DNA of 64,000 nucleotides from Penicillus capitatus (GCA_965649825.1 OZ287695.1:806001-870000), one strand, 5' to 3'. Numbered from the stretch's first letter, positions 24,933 through 37,083 are shown. Numbers and translations are program-made. The notes: generated by a model from the letters alone, not told the origin.

Positions 24933-26714
24933 ACATATGGCTCACTGAAATTCATGTCACCGGTTCTCTTTATTCCCGTCGTACTTAAACGTTTATGAAG
25001 ACAGACGCTATTCACATGAACGTTCATTAACATACACACGGTTATTCTCTTGGGCTACTTCAGTTGTTCTATTTTCTATCTAATCGACATGCACTTGGTG
25101 TACTTAATCTCCGATGACCAACATCTAGTACCAATTTATCTTTTCAGGAGGATGCTAGGGATCCGTCCCCTTTGACTAGGCACGCTCTCACACACATCAG
25201 TTTTAACAATACCTCGACGCCAAGGCTTCGATGTGTCAGATCAAACCGGTCTTTTTACGCGATATCGCCGGAGATGTGACGTCTTCCTTTCTTTTGAAAT
25301 CCGACGGAGCTGACGCGTACCGACCTGTGAGAGGGTTGTGCGACTACACGACCGACCACAAAGTGACAGTCGCCCCCTATGATTGATTGCCTTTGATACA
25401 GTACAATCTCTCGTATTGCTTGTTCGGAACCCCTCTATTTTTTCAGGGAAGGTACACTTAGAAAAAGTGTCTAATGTGGATGTCTGTGTTAGCAAACACA
25501 AGGAAACGCCTCCACCGTGCCAACTTTCACGGTCAGCTCCTCTTATCGAAACTATGAGGGATGGATTTGATAAGGCCAGCGATCACTGCTCGTGCAAGTC
25601 TTGCACGGATTCGATTTCTTGTGTGGCTGGATCTGAACATTCGGATTTTGGGATGGAGTCTGTAATCACTCCAGTTGCCCAAGAACGGAGGAATCCGCCT
25701 TTCTGCCACTAAAGACACGCATTTCTACATTCACTAACGAGCAAAGATCACCAGATGTCTTATCGAAAGAAGTTGAAGAGCAGTGACCTCTTTCAAATAC
25801 TACCTACCAATCTCTCAAAAAGAGTGAGTACATCTCATAGAGCAGTCACACTCTCACTACGAACATCAAATCTGCACATTTCTAACTGCTTATATCATCT
25901 CTCCTTTAGATGCAGATCTGTTAGCTCAGCTCTGGCAAACACGGCGCCGCCCAGGACGGACGTCGTCATAGAATATCTCTCTCAGCTTTCGACTGAACGC
26001 AGTTATATTAATGAGCAACTGTTCTGCGTTGCATGCTTCGAATCGGTTAGTGCATGCACTGCGAGCGACTCTTAAAGGAAAGTGTCATGGACAAACAGAA
26101 TAATACTCTGCTGTAAACGCCGTAGAGTCTTCCAAATGCATCTCGCTCGCCTCGTTCGATTCGCAGGAGGAATGTGCGTTCCTGTGGCCTCCGACGATCA
26201 GCTCCTCGGTCCGTTGGCTTATGCGATCCTCGCGTAATCGCTGCGGATAGCGCTAACGCGTGCCCCAGGCCGTCGAACCGCAACCGCCGCGGCATTTGAC
26301 AGTCCTGTTTTCACATCCGTCGCGCATTCGCGTTCTGAACCCCTCGGCTGCTTTTTCTGCGCACGTTGTTGCTTTTACTGCGAACGTTGCTGCCGACAAT
26401 GGATTTCACACGGTTCACCTACGAAGACTACACGCTTCCAGGCAAAGAGTAAGTTCTGCAGATCCAGCTCTCGATGCGTCGCGTGCCTTCGAAGTCTCCG
26501 CCGGCTGCATGGACGCTTTTCCCCATGTAGATACATTTCTGCCAATCCGGCTCTTGCGGCTGAACAGACGCGACCTCGGAAACGCTACTATCGATCCTGT
26601 TTTTTTACACCAGTTACCTTTTCCTGTTCTTGTCTCATACATCTCTTGCATCTCGACTGCTCTGTCGTGACACCAGATTCTGTTATTGATACTGACCTGG
26701 TTTGTGTTTTGCAG

Positions 26715-27345
26715 TTTCTTGGAACTTAGAATCAGCGATGTACGGGGGCCCGATGCGCCAAAGGCGTTTCGTCATCTGGTCCTCGACCAGAGAGAGAGAG
26801 AGAGTTTGTACTGGGCCATCAGGGCCAATATAAAATCGAAGAGGAGGCAGGAGCAGCAGCCGGAGCATGAGCCGGAGCAGCCTTCCGCCCACAGTGGTCC
26901 TCCGCCAAGCCAATCTGGACAGCCGCGTCAAATCAGACGTGTGAGGCGCTCGGTCCCCTCCGCTCAGCCTGCGTCATCTGCTCAGCCTGCTCAGCCTCCC
27001 TGTCCCTCTCCGCCTCTACCCCCTTCTCCCTGTCCTCTGCCCTCACCTCCTTCTCCTTCTCCCTGTCTTTTTCCGCCTCGTCCACAGACCTTTTGCATTC
27101 CCTGTAATCCTCCACCCCTTCCCATCCCGCGTTTTTCAATGCTCCATTCCCTGTAATCCTCCCCCCTTCCCAGCCCGCCCACAAGTCTTCTCAATTAATT
27201 GTCCACCCTTCCCACACCGACCACATGTCTTTTCCATCCCCCATGACCAACCCCGTATCCAACCCCGCCCAGACCTCTACTCCATTCCCTCAGCCAAGAA
27301 TCCACCTATCCCCCCTCGCGTATTCGTTTATTGCATTCCCGTCTG
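26715..27345 (+). other. Gln/Pro-rich low-complexity ORF with degenerate RPxVFSIPCNPPP-like repeats, interrupted by a frameshift near 27120-27156
   Basis: ORF 26686-27156 ends in PRPQTFCIPCNPPP. The +1 frame continues with CSIPCNPPPFPARPQVFSINCPPFPHRPHVFSIP. The DNA repeat TTCCCTGTAATCCTCC occurs at ~27098 and ~27147. Confidence 0.45.
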
Positions 27346-27490
27346 ATCTGGGAAAGTGGTAAGTTTTCCTCACTTTGTCATTTTTTGATTTCTGTACTTG
27401 CTTTAGGTGGTTGGCTGGAGGAGTCACACCTTGTGAGTTTTTCGGCTCTGTCTGTGATTTAGTTTTCCTCTTGCCTGGTCACATGAAAAT

Positions 27491-27597
27491 AAAAAAATTC
27501 TCACACATTTTGAAAAAGTGTGAGATTTTTTTAAAAAAAATTAAAAAAAAAAATTAAAAAAACATCCTTTTCTCACACATTTTGCAAAAGTGTCAGA
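27491..27597. repeat. AT-rich tract with two copies of the imperfect palindrome TCTCACACATTTTG(A/C)AAAAGTGT(G/C)AGA
   Basis: Hairpin at 27491-27532 (A7..TCTCACAC..GTGTGAGA..T7) and a second copy at 27571-27597, separated by poly-A runs. Confidence 0.85.
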
Positions 27598-27653
27598 TCG
27601 ACAGAATAAAGAGTTGCTCTGCCATTTCAATTTTCGAGTCTATGTCACCACCA

Positions 27654-27791
27654 TCGCTTTGTTGTGGTTGACTTGTGTTTGTTGAGTTTTTTTTGTCATT
27701 CTCAAAAAACAAAAGGAAAGAAAGAGTGACCGTCTGGCTGTTTCTGCCGTGCCTTCCACCCTCGCTTTGTTGTGGTTGGCCTGTGTTTGCT
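27654..27791. repeat. ~30-nt imperfect direct repeat (TCGCTTTGTTGTGGTTG...TGTGTTTG) at 108-nt spacing
   Basis: Copies at 27654-27683 and 27762-27791. Confidence 0.8.
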
Positions 27792-27899
27792 GTCTTTGAT
27801 CTGGAGCTGTTTTCTTTCTTGGCCGTGGACAATACTGGTTTGCTGTTCTGTCCGAAGCCATTTCTTCTTCTGTTTTAGTGACGAGAACAAAGTCTGCCG

Positions 27900-30800
27900 A
27901 ACCTTGAGATTGATTCCATAAGAGTTGGGCATGGCAGGATATCGCACACGTGGTCAGTCTGCTTGCTTCTTACCCGCCTGATCAGGGACTGCAATGATGA
28001 ACATCACACAAGACATTGGATGACTGCAACAACATATCACACTTCTGCTTGACAGCAAAGCAAATCTCTAGAACTCTTCCTTCAATGCCCATGGTTTGCA
28101 TCTCTATGGATCTCGCTATGATGACACTCTCTTTCTAGGCAGAGAGATGTGGAAAGCACAGTGCCAACGACGTTCGAACGCCTTTCCAGGCTTTCGCAAA
28201 GAGAGTCGAGCAGACGGGACACAATTTGGATCTGGCGTTCTGACAGGCATTCCCCGAGAGAACAGTCTATACTATGATATACAGAGCAAGACCACGAATG
28301 GTGGAGTACTGGCGCAAGATGGGAGCTACGAGTATCCTCTTCTGTGGACAATTGGCCATCTCTGGCTTCGAAGTACTGTCATGTCAAACTCTCTTCTCTG
28401 CTGAGCATTTCATTCCAGGTTTTACCCTCCTTAAGGCGAGCTCAAGAATCAATCAGTGCGAGGACAGCATGCGGGAAATGCTGTTCTGAATCTTCCAACT
28501 GCAGAATCAAGGTTCGTCACACTTCTTGTTTGATTGGACTGTGAACTCCTTCGATGTTCCAGTCCTGATGACGAAAGACAACCGCTTGGCATCAGCAGAG
28601 ATCAAACGGCAGGGAGAGGCCCTTCAATGTTTCACGAGAGTCCATACCTCGTTCTACGCCGTTCATTGAAAAGCAGAGTGATGAATCAGTCATGTCTGGC
28701 AAGTGCAGAAGTGTGATCAAGACAGTACACCGACTCACTCAGCAACACGATGAGATAGTGTCAAGCCTCAGTCTGGACGGCATCAAAGAAAGACAGTGTT
28801 TTGCAACTGACCCCTGTTCTGGAGCAATGCAGCAGTTTGCTGTTGAAGCGATGGATGTGTGGAATCATCCAATGAATCTTTGCAGGAAGACAAGATGTGC
28901 CATGCTTTCCTAACAATCATGGTCTACTCTGTGCAGACAGCATCAAGACAGCGGCAGTTCAAGTCATTGGCAAAGAGAAAGACATTCAGATAACGAGATT
29001 CAGTCAACTCAACTATTAGACCGCAGAGGTAAAAGAGTCAAGATCCCTGGCCAGAATCGTCTGAACGATCCTTTGCTCATCTAGGGCATCGCAAAGAAGA
29101 CCATTCTGCCAGAGATGTGCTGAAGCGAATCTGGAGATCGTTGTCCCAACAGTTCGAGGAATCGACACGATACAAGAAATCGCCCATTCGAGCCATCGAG
29201 CCGTCTTCTTTCAGCGACATGGACACTCTTCTGCCCAGAAAATGTATCCTCTATGAGTGGAAGCGTTTCCGCCCCTTGAAGACGTTTCCGTCCAGCATCA
29301 TTGCGCTCATCGACATGAAGGGCATCTGAGGTGGCTCGAACGCACAACCAAGAAAGTCCGGTCAGAATGGCCACAGGCCTCAATGCAGCCGGTAAGGACA
29401 CTAAACAACTTCTATTGTGAATGCACATCCACAGGCTCTTCTGGAGAGACGGAGGTTGTCAGTAAACAAAGGACGAGATATTCGTGCAGATAAGAGGTCC
29501 ATCCGCCAATCATCGAAGCGAGGAGAAACACGGGGACTTTCCGACACATCCAGGAATCGTCTCTGGAAATCAATTCATAAGGTTCTGGGCTTACCGAAAG
29601 AAGTCGACAGAATTCAAGTCCAGCTAGCCTTCCCAGACACAACCATTAGTGGAAACACTCTGAGCAATTCGATGTCAAACATGTGCTCGTGATGCTTTTG
29701 CGATCACGGTGTGGCAGACAGAAAACGGATGCCTCCTAGTCGACATTGAAGGCCAGTGGACTGGAAGATGAACTCCACCACTCAATTGGAGTAGGGTGTG
29801 GAGAGAATGACGCCTGACAAGCACTCAAGGATTCGTTTCTCCGTACCAGATACCAGGAAAGAGATCAAGGCGAGCAAGGCAACAGAACAAAGAGGAATCG
29901 AGATTCGTGATCTGTGCTGACCACTCCTATCCGATCAGGGATGGATCGCGAAATTGAATCGACGCACGGTTTGGACTCAAGGTGAGACCACATGGATACA
30001 TCGATGGAGCTGACCTGCAGAGATCCCTTCTCGTGTTCGCAGTTCGCATGGCTGTCGATTTCACTGTGGCGACATTTCCCTGCTGGATGAGAGACATGAA
30101 ATCGCCATTCACTCGACGAACACCTGGAAACCTTCCCACTCCAGCAGAGATGATCAAGTGGATGACATGTGGCCTGAACTCGACATCTCGGTAGCTTCTC
30201 TCGGCAAACCACAAACATCAGAGGACCAAACTGGAGAGGGAACTGAGCATTCACTCACTGCCTGAAGAGTTGATCGTTTGAGCATGCTCTTCCATCAGCC
30301 TCGGGTGTTTCTTGCTTCACATGTGTGATCAAAAGAGCCTTTTTTCTCTGTTGAGCATACTGTTCTAGGTGTTGCCTCAACGAGGGAGCCTTGAGACGAC
30401 ACTCTCTGGGGACACACCTAAGATCAGTTCTGGGTTACCAGTGGTTGTTGTATCATGTACACAGTTCGTTCATTCTTGCGCATCTATTTGATTCCTCTTT
30501 CCTGTGTAGTTCTGGAACGGGCAGCAGAAAGAAACCACTCGACATTAGTTCAGCTCAACCAAAGTGAAGATCCATTCCTTCGACGTTCATTGGGAATCTG
30601 GAGCTCATACCGCTCAGTCAATGAACGAGCAGCACGGAAATCGCCTATGCCAAATACAGATGCGTCAACAAGAAGGAGGAGACACGAATGGTGCACAACA
30701 AAGAAGGAGCGGCAATGGCCAGTAACTTTGACGGCGACGAAGAAGCGTGCTTCTAGACCTGATCTTGCTCTGGAGCACAGGCCTTTCGCTGTCCGGGCGA

Positions 30801-32240
30801 TTGAAACAGGGAAGTCGTCATCGGATCTTCTGCAGAAAGTTTTCCTGTTCTGGTTTCCAAACCGACGCGATCCAGTCCATGCAGAGATTGCACTGCAGAC
30901 AAGGCAGATTGAGGATCTGCAGTGGACAAAGTACTCCAAACCGATGCATCCAATCGACTGCCGTGCATTTGTATCGATGTGGACGACCAAGATGTCCGAT
31001 CAGAATGCACATCGTTTCTCTGGAAATAAAGAACATGCCTCTTCAGAACGAAGAAGACTGTACAAGAGCCTCAAGCAGCTAATGAGGTTCATGGAGACGC
31101 CGCCTTCTGATGTCAGTTGATCGATGTCGTCAACGACAAGCGACTCAGTGCCCAGAGACTGGATGGCCTCCTTCAAGACATGACGGCAGCCAAAAGAGGA
31201 AGCCTTTCGTTTTTCAGAAGAAGCTGTAGCTGTTCAGAAACGATCCTGTTGACTGCGGCAGTCCACATCAAAGCGAGGCTGAAAAGTACGTTCAAGGCGA
31301 TCCGACCAGAAAGACCAGATTTCTCCATTTGCAGGAGGGGTCATCGAAGCGATTTCCCTGGTCTTTCGAAGGAATCGCAGATTGTTGTGGCAGGACTGCT
31401 TCCTTGGTCGCCCAGTCCTCTAGAGAAGGAGTGTCGATCCATCACATCAGCTGCGAAGAATACCCACTGCTTTTGGACTACGAAGACGATGTATCATAGT
31501 CTATATGGTTGGTTCCCCTCCCTTGGAACAACAACTTCGGACTGTGGAAAGCAATCACCAGGTTGGTCCATTCATTGATACGCGTTCTGTCTGAACGGTT
31601 TCGTTGTCTGTGCAGATACGAGATCGAGCATGCTCTGCTGATGGCGTGCAGTAGCAGGCAGATGTGGCTGGAGTGATGGACTTGGCTAGGCAGATGGACT
31701 TCCACAGTTTGGAGCACTTATCTCTGGATCCTCTTCAACATGCTCCAAGACTGGATCTCGCACTCCAACGCTGCCGGAGATAGAGATCTGTGGAGAGCAA
31801 CTCGCAGAAGCATATGAGCAGTCGCCACGGACCAAGCAATCTCTTCGACCCCTTCTCGAAGAACATGAGATCGCATCATGGCTCCACTCTCCACTGCTGC
31901 TGCTGACAGAGCCATGACATTACTCTCTCAATCCACGGACGAAGAGTAAGATCACCTTATCTGCTCCAGACGTGAGTTGCGATGGACTTATAGATCGTGG
32001 ATATCAGACCGGCAGAGCGTGCGGACAAGCAAGACGTGTCTCAAGATCCGACGACCGAGATCACTTCGTCAGCACACCGCTGAGATGCCACACCACTTCC
32101 TCGCCCCGCGGCAGCGGTGCCGGCGGCGGCGTCGCACTATCCCTCGCGGCACCAGCGGGTAGGGCCTTGGCGACCTGCCCGCCTTTCCTGGTCGCGCACA
32201 TGAGGCAGGCGGTTGTACACTGCGACGAAAAGGGGTAAGT
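27900..32240 (+). pseudogene. Decayed spliced gene (stops and frameshifts); identity unknown, possibly transposon-derived
   Basis: Typical short GT-AG intron-like segments at 29029-29084, 29392-29434 and 31562-31615. Overlapping protein-like ORFs lie in shifting frames (e.g. 30455-31120 then 31117-31578) with many in-frame stops. Confidence 0.4.
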
Positions 32241-32259
32241 GCGACTCTCGGACACCCAG

Positions 32260-32530
32260 GACCGTTTTTTCTTTCTTTTTTTGCGTCTCTTCTCCCTCCT
32301 GGGTGTCTCTTGTGTCTCTCCCTGCTTGCCTTCTGTCCTTTCTTGCTTCCTTCCTGTCTGCTGCTTACCTGTCTCCTGTGTGTTTGTGTTCATCTTTCAC
32401 TTTCCTTTTCCTCCTCACCTGTCTGCATGTACCTGTTTGACTGTTTTTGTTTGTTTTCCTCATTGCATTTGTCTTTTCCTGTTGTCTCCTGTCGTTTTTT
32501 TTCTGGGTCTTATTTTCCTTCTTTCATGTG
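32260..32530. repeat. CT-rich low-complexity tract following a GTAAGT donor at 32235
   Basis: Almost purine-free pyrimidine tract on the + strand. Confidence 0.8.
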
Positions 32531-33249
32531 ACGGACCCCCTACCTGCATGTCCGCGCAGCGCGCCGCTGTACCGAGAGTCGCACGATACCTCCGAGTAGT
32601 CAACTGCCAGGTGCATCTCGTTCTCCTCGCGCACCTCGATCGGATCTGGTGTCAGTGTTCGTTCGGGGTTACCTCCCGCGCCGCACTGCAAGGCGTCGCC
32701 TGCTGATCGTAACGTAAGTCTCTTTCGCACAAATTCACACTTTCTCACTCTTCCTTTGTAGACCATGTCGCGGGGTGGATATCCTTTCCTCTGTGCATCA
32801 TTATCACACTGTCTGTGTAGACATCACACTTTGTTGACTGCGACATTTGAAAACGCTTTTAACTAACCGATGAATTATGTCCATCACGCATCCTTTTGCG
32901 CGAGGTATCGCTTGAAAGCAGAGAGCTAAGTGGACGATGCCCGACGACTGTCAAGGGTGATGCAAAACGAGCAACGTACGATCGCTCGTGTCATCGAGCA
33001 GCAGCCTCTAAAAACAAGAGGCGCAAATTTCAAAAGAGACGTGCAGCAGCATCCGTTCCTTGTCGATGCCTCGACCTCACAGGCACTCTCACAGTAATCT
33101 GACCTTTTCTGATCCAATCAAAGAACGAAAGGCTCTCTACTCTTGCAGTGGAAAGGTAGATGCCAGCCTGGCACTTCGAGCATTTAAGAGATTTGCAGGA
33201 TTCGTGCGCGACGAGACACGGCACGCGTGGCATTGTGATTGATGGATTG

Positions 33250-33254
33250 TTACA
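33250..33254 (-). promoter_or_regulatory. TGTAA, candidate chlorophyte polyadenylation signal of TRAPPC8
   Basis: TGTAA 3 nt after the stop codon. UGUAA is the established chlorophyte poly(A) signal; its use here is not shown. Confidence 0.3.
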
Positions 33255-33257
33255 TGC

Positions 33258-36200
33258 TCAGCTCTTTGCTACAACAGACCCTTCTTTGGAGGGTCCTGCC
33301 TCAATGACGGTTAAGTACAATGGCTTTCCAGGGATGATTCCCGACAGCATTGGATTTTCCAACGACTTCCACTTGCACGAGTAGTTCGTGACACAAAAGG
33401 AACCCGAAAAGAAACAAAGGATCTCTGTCTGCACGTCCACGGTCTCTCCAGGTGACAGCTGTGCAATGTGACTCTCCGTTTGGCCAGACCAGCTCCACGA
33501 TGCCATCGGCATCAGTCCAGCCTGCTGTTCGTGTTCTTCTTCCTTGTCTTCTTTGACATTTTGCTTCCAACTTCCGCTCTCATCTCCAATCCAGTCATCA
33601 CCAGCTCGGAACAGAACGGACAGGGTCTTGCGCGAGAGGTTGCAAAGGCGGATAGAGATGGGGAAAGAGACAGGAGTGCCGTCGTGCATCGTCTGCACCA
33701 TTCTTCGTTGATCGACATGCAGATCGACCTTTGCAGAGAGAGCTGTCACATCATGGATTGACCGTAAACAGCCAAAACGCGAATCGTGTGCAGATCCCTC
33801 TTCTGACGTGCCCTCTTTGCTGGGCTCGGCTGCCTGCCAACGCAAAGAGATCCCCAAATCGTCATCCGTTGCTGCGCGTCGAGACGCTGAATGGATTTCA
33901 TCTTCTTCAGAAGTGGAGGAGCATTGGCGATCGGCAGAAACGGTGCCATTTGGCAGTAGGGGTGTGGCTTCTGCATCCGTCTCTGTCACGAGAGCATGCT
34001 GCATCATCTTTTGCCCCGGCAGAAGTTTCATCGGACGGTCTTTCTTGATCTGGCCAGCAGAGTGCACACGGTATCGATTCGGTGCAGCTTCGATGGCTGT
34101 CACATCAAAGAGCACATCGGCCGACCGGTTTTCCAGCTCCATGGCCAGAACAAAAGTGCGACTCATCTCAGAAGGCAGCAGCCACGATGCAAAACGCAAA
34201 ACCTCATCGACGTCGACGACAAAGCTATGGCGCAAAAATCGTGCTCGGAGCAATGTCTCAGGCTGAAGAGATTCATAACGGATGACGGTATGCACGGCGA
34301 TTCTGCCTGCTGTCTGAGGATTGAAACAAAGATTCAGTCGCATGTCTTTCGAGACATCGCACTCCACATAGTAAACACCACGCTTTTCGAAGAGCTCTTC
34401 GTTGGACCCAGTCTTTACTGGCGTCGTGAAAATCAGATCCGAACAGCTGCAAGTGATCTGCACATTTCGAATACTAATCTTGCCTATATTCTCAAAAACC
34501 CAACTGCCCGTCCACAGCTGCCCCTTCCAGACTTGGTGCGGTACCGGAGCTGATGCAAGTCGAAAACGCGCCACCGGATCCAGGGCGACGAAGAGGAGAG
34601 TCGGGTAATGGGTCCGAGCTCTGAACGGCAGTCGATCCTTGCCTTGCCAACTGGCCTTGCCAAAGAGCTTGTGGCCAGGTATCCGTCCATTGAGGAACCA
34701 GGACACACCGATGATGCGTAATCGCCCGGGAGTGTTCGGAATGAGCTGCAGCTCCAGTGTCGACCTTTCCGATTCTTTCAGGGAGAAACTTTGCTCCGGT
34801 ACAGAGACGGGACTGGATGTGGGACTGCAACTGTCGTCCGTTCGCTCGAACTCGAAGAGCAGCTGGGCAGAAGTGACGTGTATGGGTGTCTGCAAAGGAT
34901 TCTCAAATTCACACGAGAATCGCACCGCTTCACCACACACGACCCATCCACTCGGCTCGTCCGGCGCACCACTGTTCGTCAGGACCAGTCCAGTGGTGTT
35001 GCTTGCGGATAAGGGATCTCGAAAACGGCTTTCGAGATCCGTCCACAGCGCCGAGTCCATTTCTTCCGCCATCGCTGTGCCATTGACGATTTCCCCATCG
35101 AACTGTACGTCCATGGTCTCCATGTGCAGAATCGGAAGACTGAACTCGGCAATGGAACTGACTTCATGCTGAGGTGCCTCCTTAATATAGCTGCAGATCC
35201 ATTCGATGTACTCCTTCTGGATCTCTGGCGATAGAGCGTGTTGCGTCGTCAGCATGTTGATCGTCCAGGCAAAGGCGTCTGCATGATTGCCTTGTTCTCG
35301 ATGGAACTTGAGCATCATGGAGGCGACATGCTGTTCGATGGCCATCCAACTTTTGTTGGTGTAGATATCGAGGATGAGATTGTAGCACCGCAGGGAGAGT
35401 TTGTGGAAGAGGCAGTTGTAGAAGCGCACGCCTGCCAGTGTCATGTGGAAAGCGAACTTGCGAAGGGACGGCGGTTCTGTTCGAAGGAGTAAACCGGAAG
35501 CCTCTTCGAGCAATAGTGCTCCCCTGAGCATCTCATCGCTTTCGTATCCCTTGAGTAATGTCTGGATCGCCTGAGGAATGTAGCCCTCTGTTAGACAGTA
35601 GGCGGCATGAATCAGCGCCGTCCTCGTGGCAAACATACGCGTCGTCTTGCCCCGAACGCGGACGTAGGAGTCGTACGCCCGGTTGAAGTAGACAGAGGGA
35701 TCCGAGTATCCGACGAGGACAGCCGTGCCCAAGCCCATCATAAACTGAAGCCCCGCGTAGAAAGTGGGGCAAGCTTCTTTGGAGACACTGATGGAACTGT
35801 AGACCTCGAGTGCATCTTCGTAGCGTCCCAGGAGAAAGAGAATGTCACCCAGCTGGCGCATCTGAGCTTCGTCTGAGTAGTACTTGAATCCTATGGTCCC
35901 GTGATGATCGCGGCCGATCGTTGAAAGACTCGTTTTGAGAAGAGTGGACGTGCGTTCCATGAATTTCATGGCAAATCCTCTCCTCTTTGACGCGACGGCC
36001 GCACGCAGGTAGCCGATGCGTATGTCCAGTTTTGGAAAGAAGCATCGCGTCATGTAGTTACGGATGAGATCGTTGATGCGTTCCAGATCAGCCTTGGAGA
36101 GAAAGGAACCCCATCCATCTTTCGGCCGTTCTGTATCGGAATCGTGTTCGCCTGCCCCGCCGCCGGGTACGGCAGAGGGACGCAGATCGTCGAACGCGAT

Positions 36201-36944
36201 CGGCGGCGTGCCTCTCAACTCTGCCTTCCCTCCGGAGGTATTGATCAGCAGCAGGACGCAGTTCTCATGTCCGTACTCCTTCTGCACAATCCGTACCTTC
36301 TCCCGTGCCAGTTCCAGTCCTGTCTGTCCCTCACGACTGCCATCATGCACAATCACGAAGAGCTTCCCGCAGTGATCTTCGCTCACAGGGGCCATCTGTT
36401 CCTGCAGCATGAGGGTGGGGATGTTGGCACTGTCGGTCAGATCTTCAAAAGCTTTGATGGAATCGACTTCGGCCGAAGAAATGGCGTAGATGCATCCCAG
36501 CGGATGATCGTACGTTTCGTTGGCATCGAAGCAGAGCAGTCTCAGAAAATCCTGCCTGTATTTCAGAAACCAGGGCGTCGATGTGAGAGGCCTCGTCTCC
36601 GACAATCGATGAGGGGCCTCTTTGATCGTCTCTTCCGATATCTTCTGGACAGTGTTCTTGAGATGGGCATCGATGATTTCGGCCGTCGGTTGCTCCATTG
36701 TATGGCCATAGCTAAAACGCATACGCGCCTCCGTTACCCGCATGGACTGTCCAGAGACGCGCAGCGGTGCATTGACATCGGTCTGTTCGCTAAAAGGACG
36801 GAGCAGGTCGACAAAACTCAGGCCATTCTTTTCTCGGCAGACGGATTCGACGCTCTCACTCGCGACCACCATCACCAGCGGGGTGAAGCGTTCGCGGACC
36901 CAGGCGCGTAGACTCGTGTGCGTTGGACCAAACGAATACGACAT
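33258..36944 (-). CDS. TRAPPC8: Trafficking protein particle complex subunit 8 (Trs85), ~1228 aa, apparently intronless
   Basis: N-terminus FTPLVMV..E..C.KNGLSFVDLLRPF, FD..ETYDHPLGC, the E.QMRQLGD..F.L..YE motif and RKFAFHMTLAG..F are characteristic of TRAPPC8/Trs85. One long ORF. Confidence 0.93.
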   Translation of the reverse strand: MSYSFGPTHTSLRAWVRERFTPLVMVVASESVESVCREKNGLSFVDLLRPFSEQTDVNAPLRVSGQSMRVTEARMRFSYGHTMEQPTAEIIDAHLKNTVQKISEETIKEAPHRLSETRPLTSTPWFLKYRQDFLRLLCFDANETYDHPLGCIYAISSAEVDSIKAFEDLTDSANIPTLMLQEQMAPVSEDHCGKLFVIVHDGSREGQTGLELAREKVRIVQKEYGHENCVLLLINTSGGKAELRGTPPIAFDDLRPSAVPGGGAGEHDSDTERPKDGWGSFLSKADLERINDLIRNYMTRCFFPKLDIRIGYLRAAVASKRRGFAMKFMERTSTLLKTSLSTIGRDHHGTIGFKYYSDEAQMRQLGDILFLLGRYEDALEVYSSISVSKEACPTFYAGLQFMMGLGTAVLVGYSDPSVYFNRAYDSYVRVRGKTTRMFATRTALIHAAYCLTEGYIPQAIQTLLKGYESDEMLRGALLLEEASGLLLRTEPPSLRKFAFHMTLAGVRFYNCLFHKLSLRCYNLILDIYTNKSWMAIEQHVASMMLKFHREQGNHADAFAWTINMLTTQHALSPEIQKEYIEWICSYIKEAPQHEVSSIAEFSLPILHMETMDVQFDGEIVNGTAMAEEMDSALWTDLESRFRDPLSASNTTGLVLTNSGAPDEPSGWVVCGEAVRFSCEFENPLQTPIHVTSAQLLFEFERTDDSCSPTSSPVSVPEQSFSLKESERSTLELQLIPNTPGRLRIIGVSWFLNGRIPGHKLFGKASWQGKDRLPFRARTHYPTLLFVALDPVARFRLASAPVPHQVWKGQLWTGSWVFENIGKISIRNVQITCSCSDLIFTTPVKTGSNEELFEKRGVYYVECDVSKDMRLNLCFNPQTAGRIAVHTVIRYESLQPETLLRARFLRHSFVVDVDEVLRFASWLLPSEMSRTFVLAMELENRSADVLFDVTAIEAAPNRYRVHSAGQIKKDRPMKLLPGQKMMQHALVTETDAEATPLLPNGTVSADRQCSSTSEEDEIHSASRRAATDDDLGISLRWQAAEPSKEGTSEEGSAHDSRFGCLRSIHDVTALSAKVDLHVDQRRMVQTMHDGTPVSFPISIRLCNLSRKTLSVLFRAGDDWIGDESGSWKQNVKEDKEEEHEQQAGLMPMASWSWSGQTESHIAQLSPGETVDVQTEILCFFSGSFCVTNYSCKWKSLENPMLSGIIPGKPLYLTVIEAGPSKEGSVVAKS

Positions 36945-37083
36945 TTCTGCACAGCACAGTAAGGTCACACGAGACGTTGGCTCTCACACCGTCGGGGGTA
37001 TACTGTATGATGATGACGCTCCGTTGACGGCCGGCCCCCTCGTGGTTGGCAGATTCACGACGCGGTGGCGAACGAAGACGTGT

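Larger units (their letters stand above)
22270..25100 (+). repeat. Segmental duplication copy 2 (direct repeat of ~7295-10085)
   Basis: Same upstream region, exons and introns as gene A. Confidence 0.95.

Noticed and set aside
26090-26175. Minus-strand LLRIERGERDAFGRLYGVYSRVLF resembling ECF sigma factor region 2
   Set aside because: Only ~22 aa, with no following D..Q..F motif or region 4; most likely chance.
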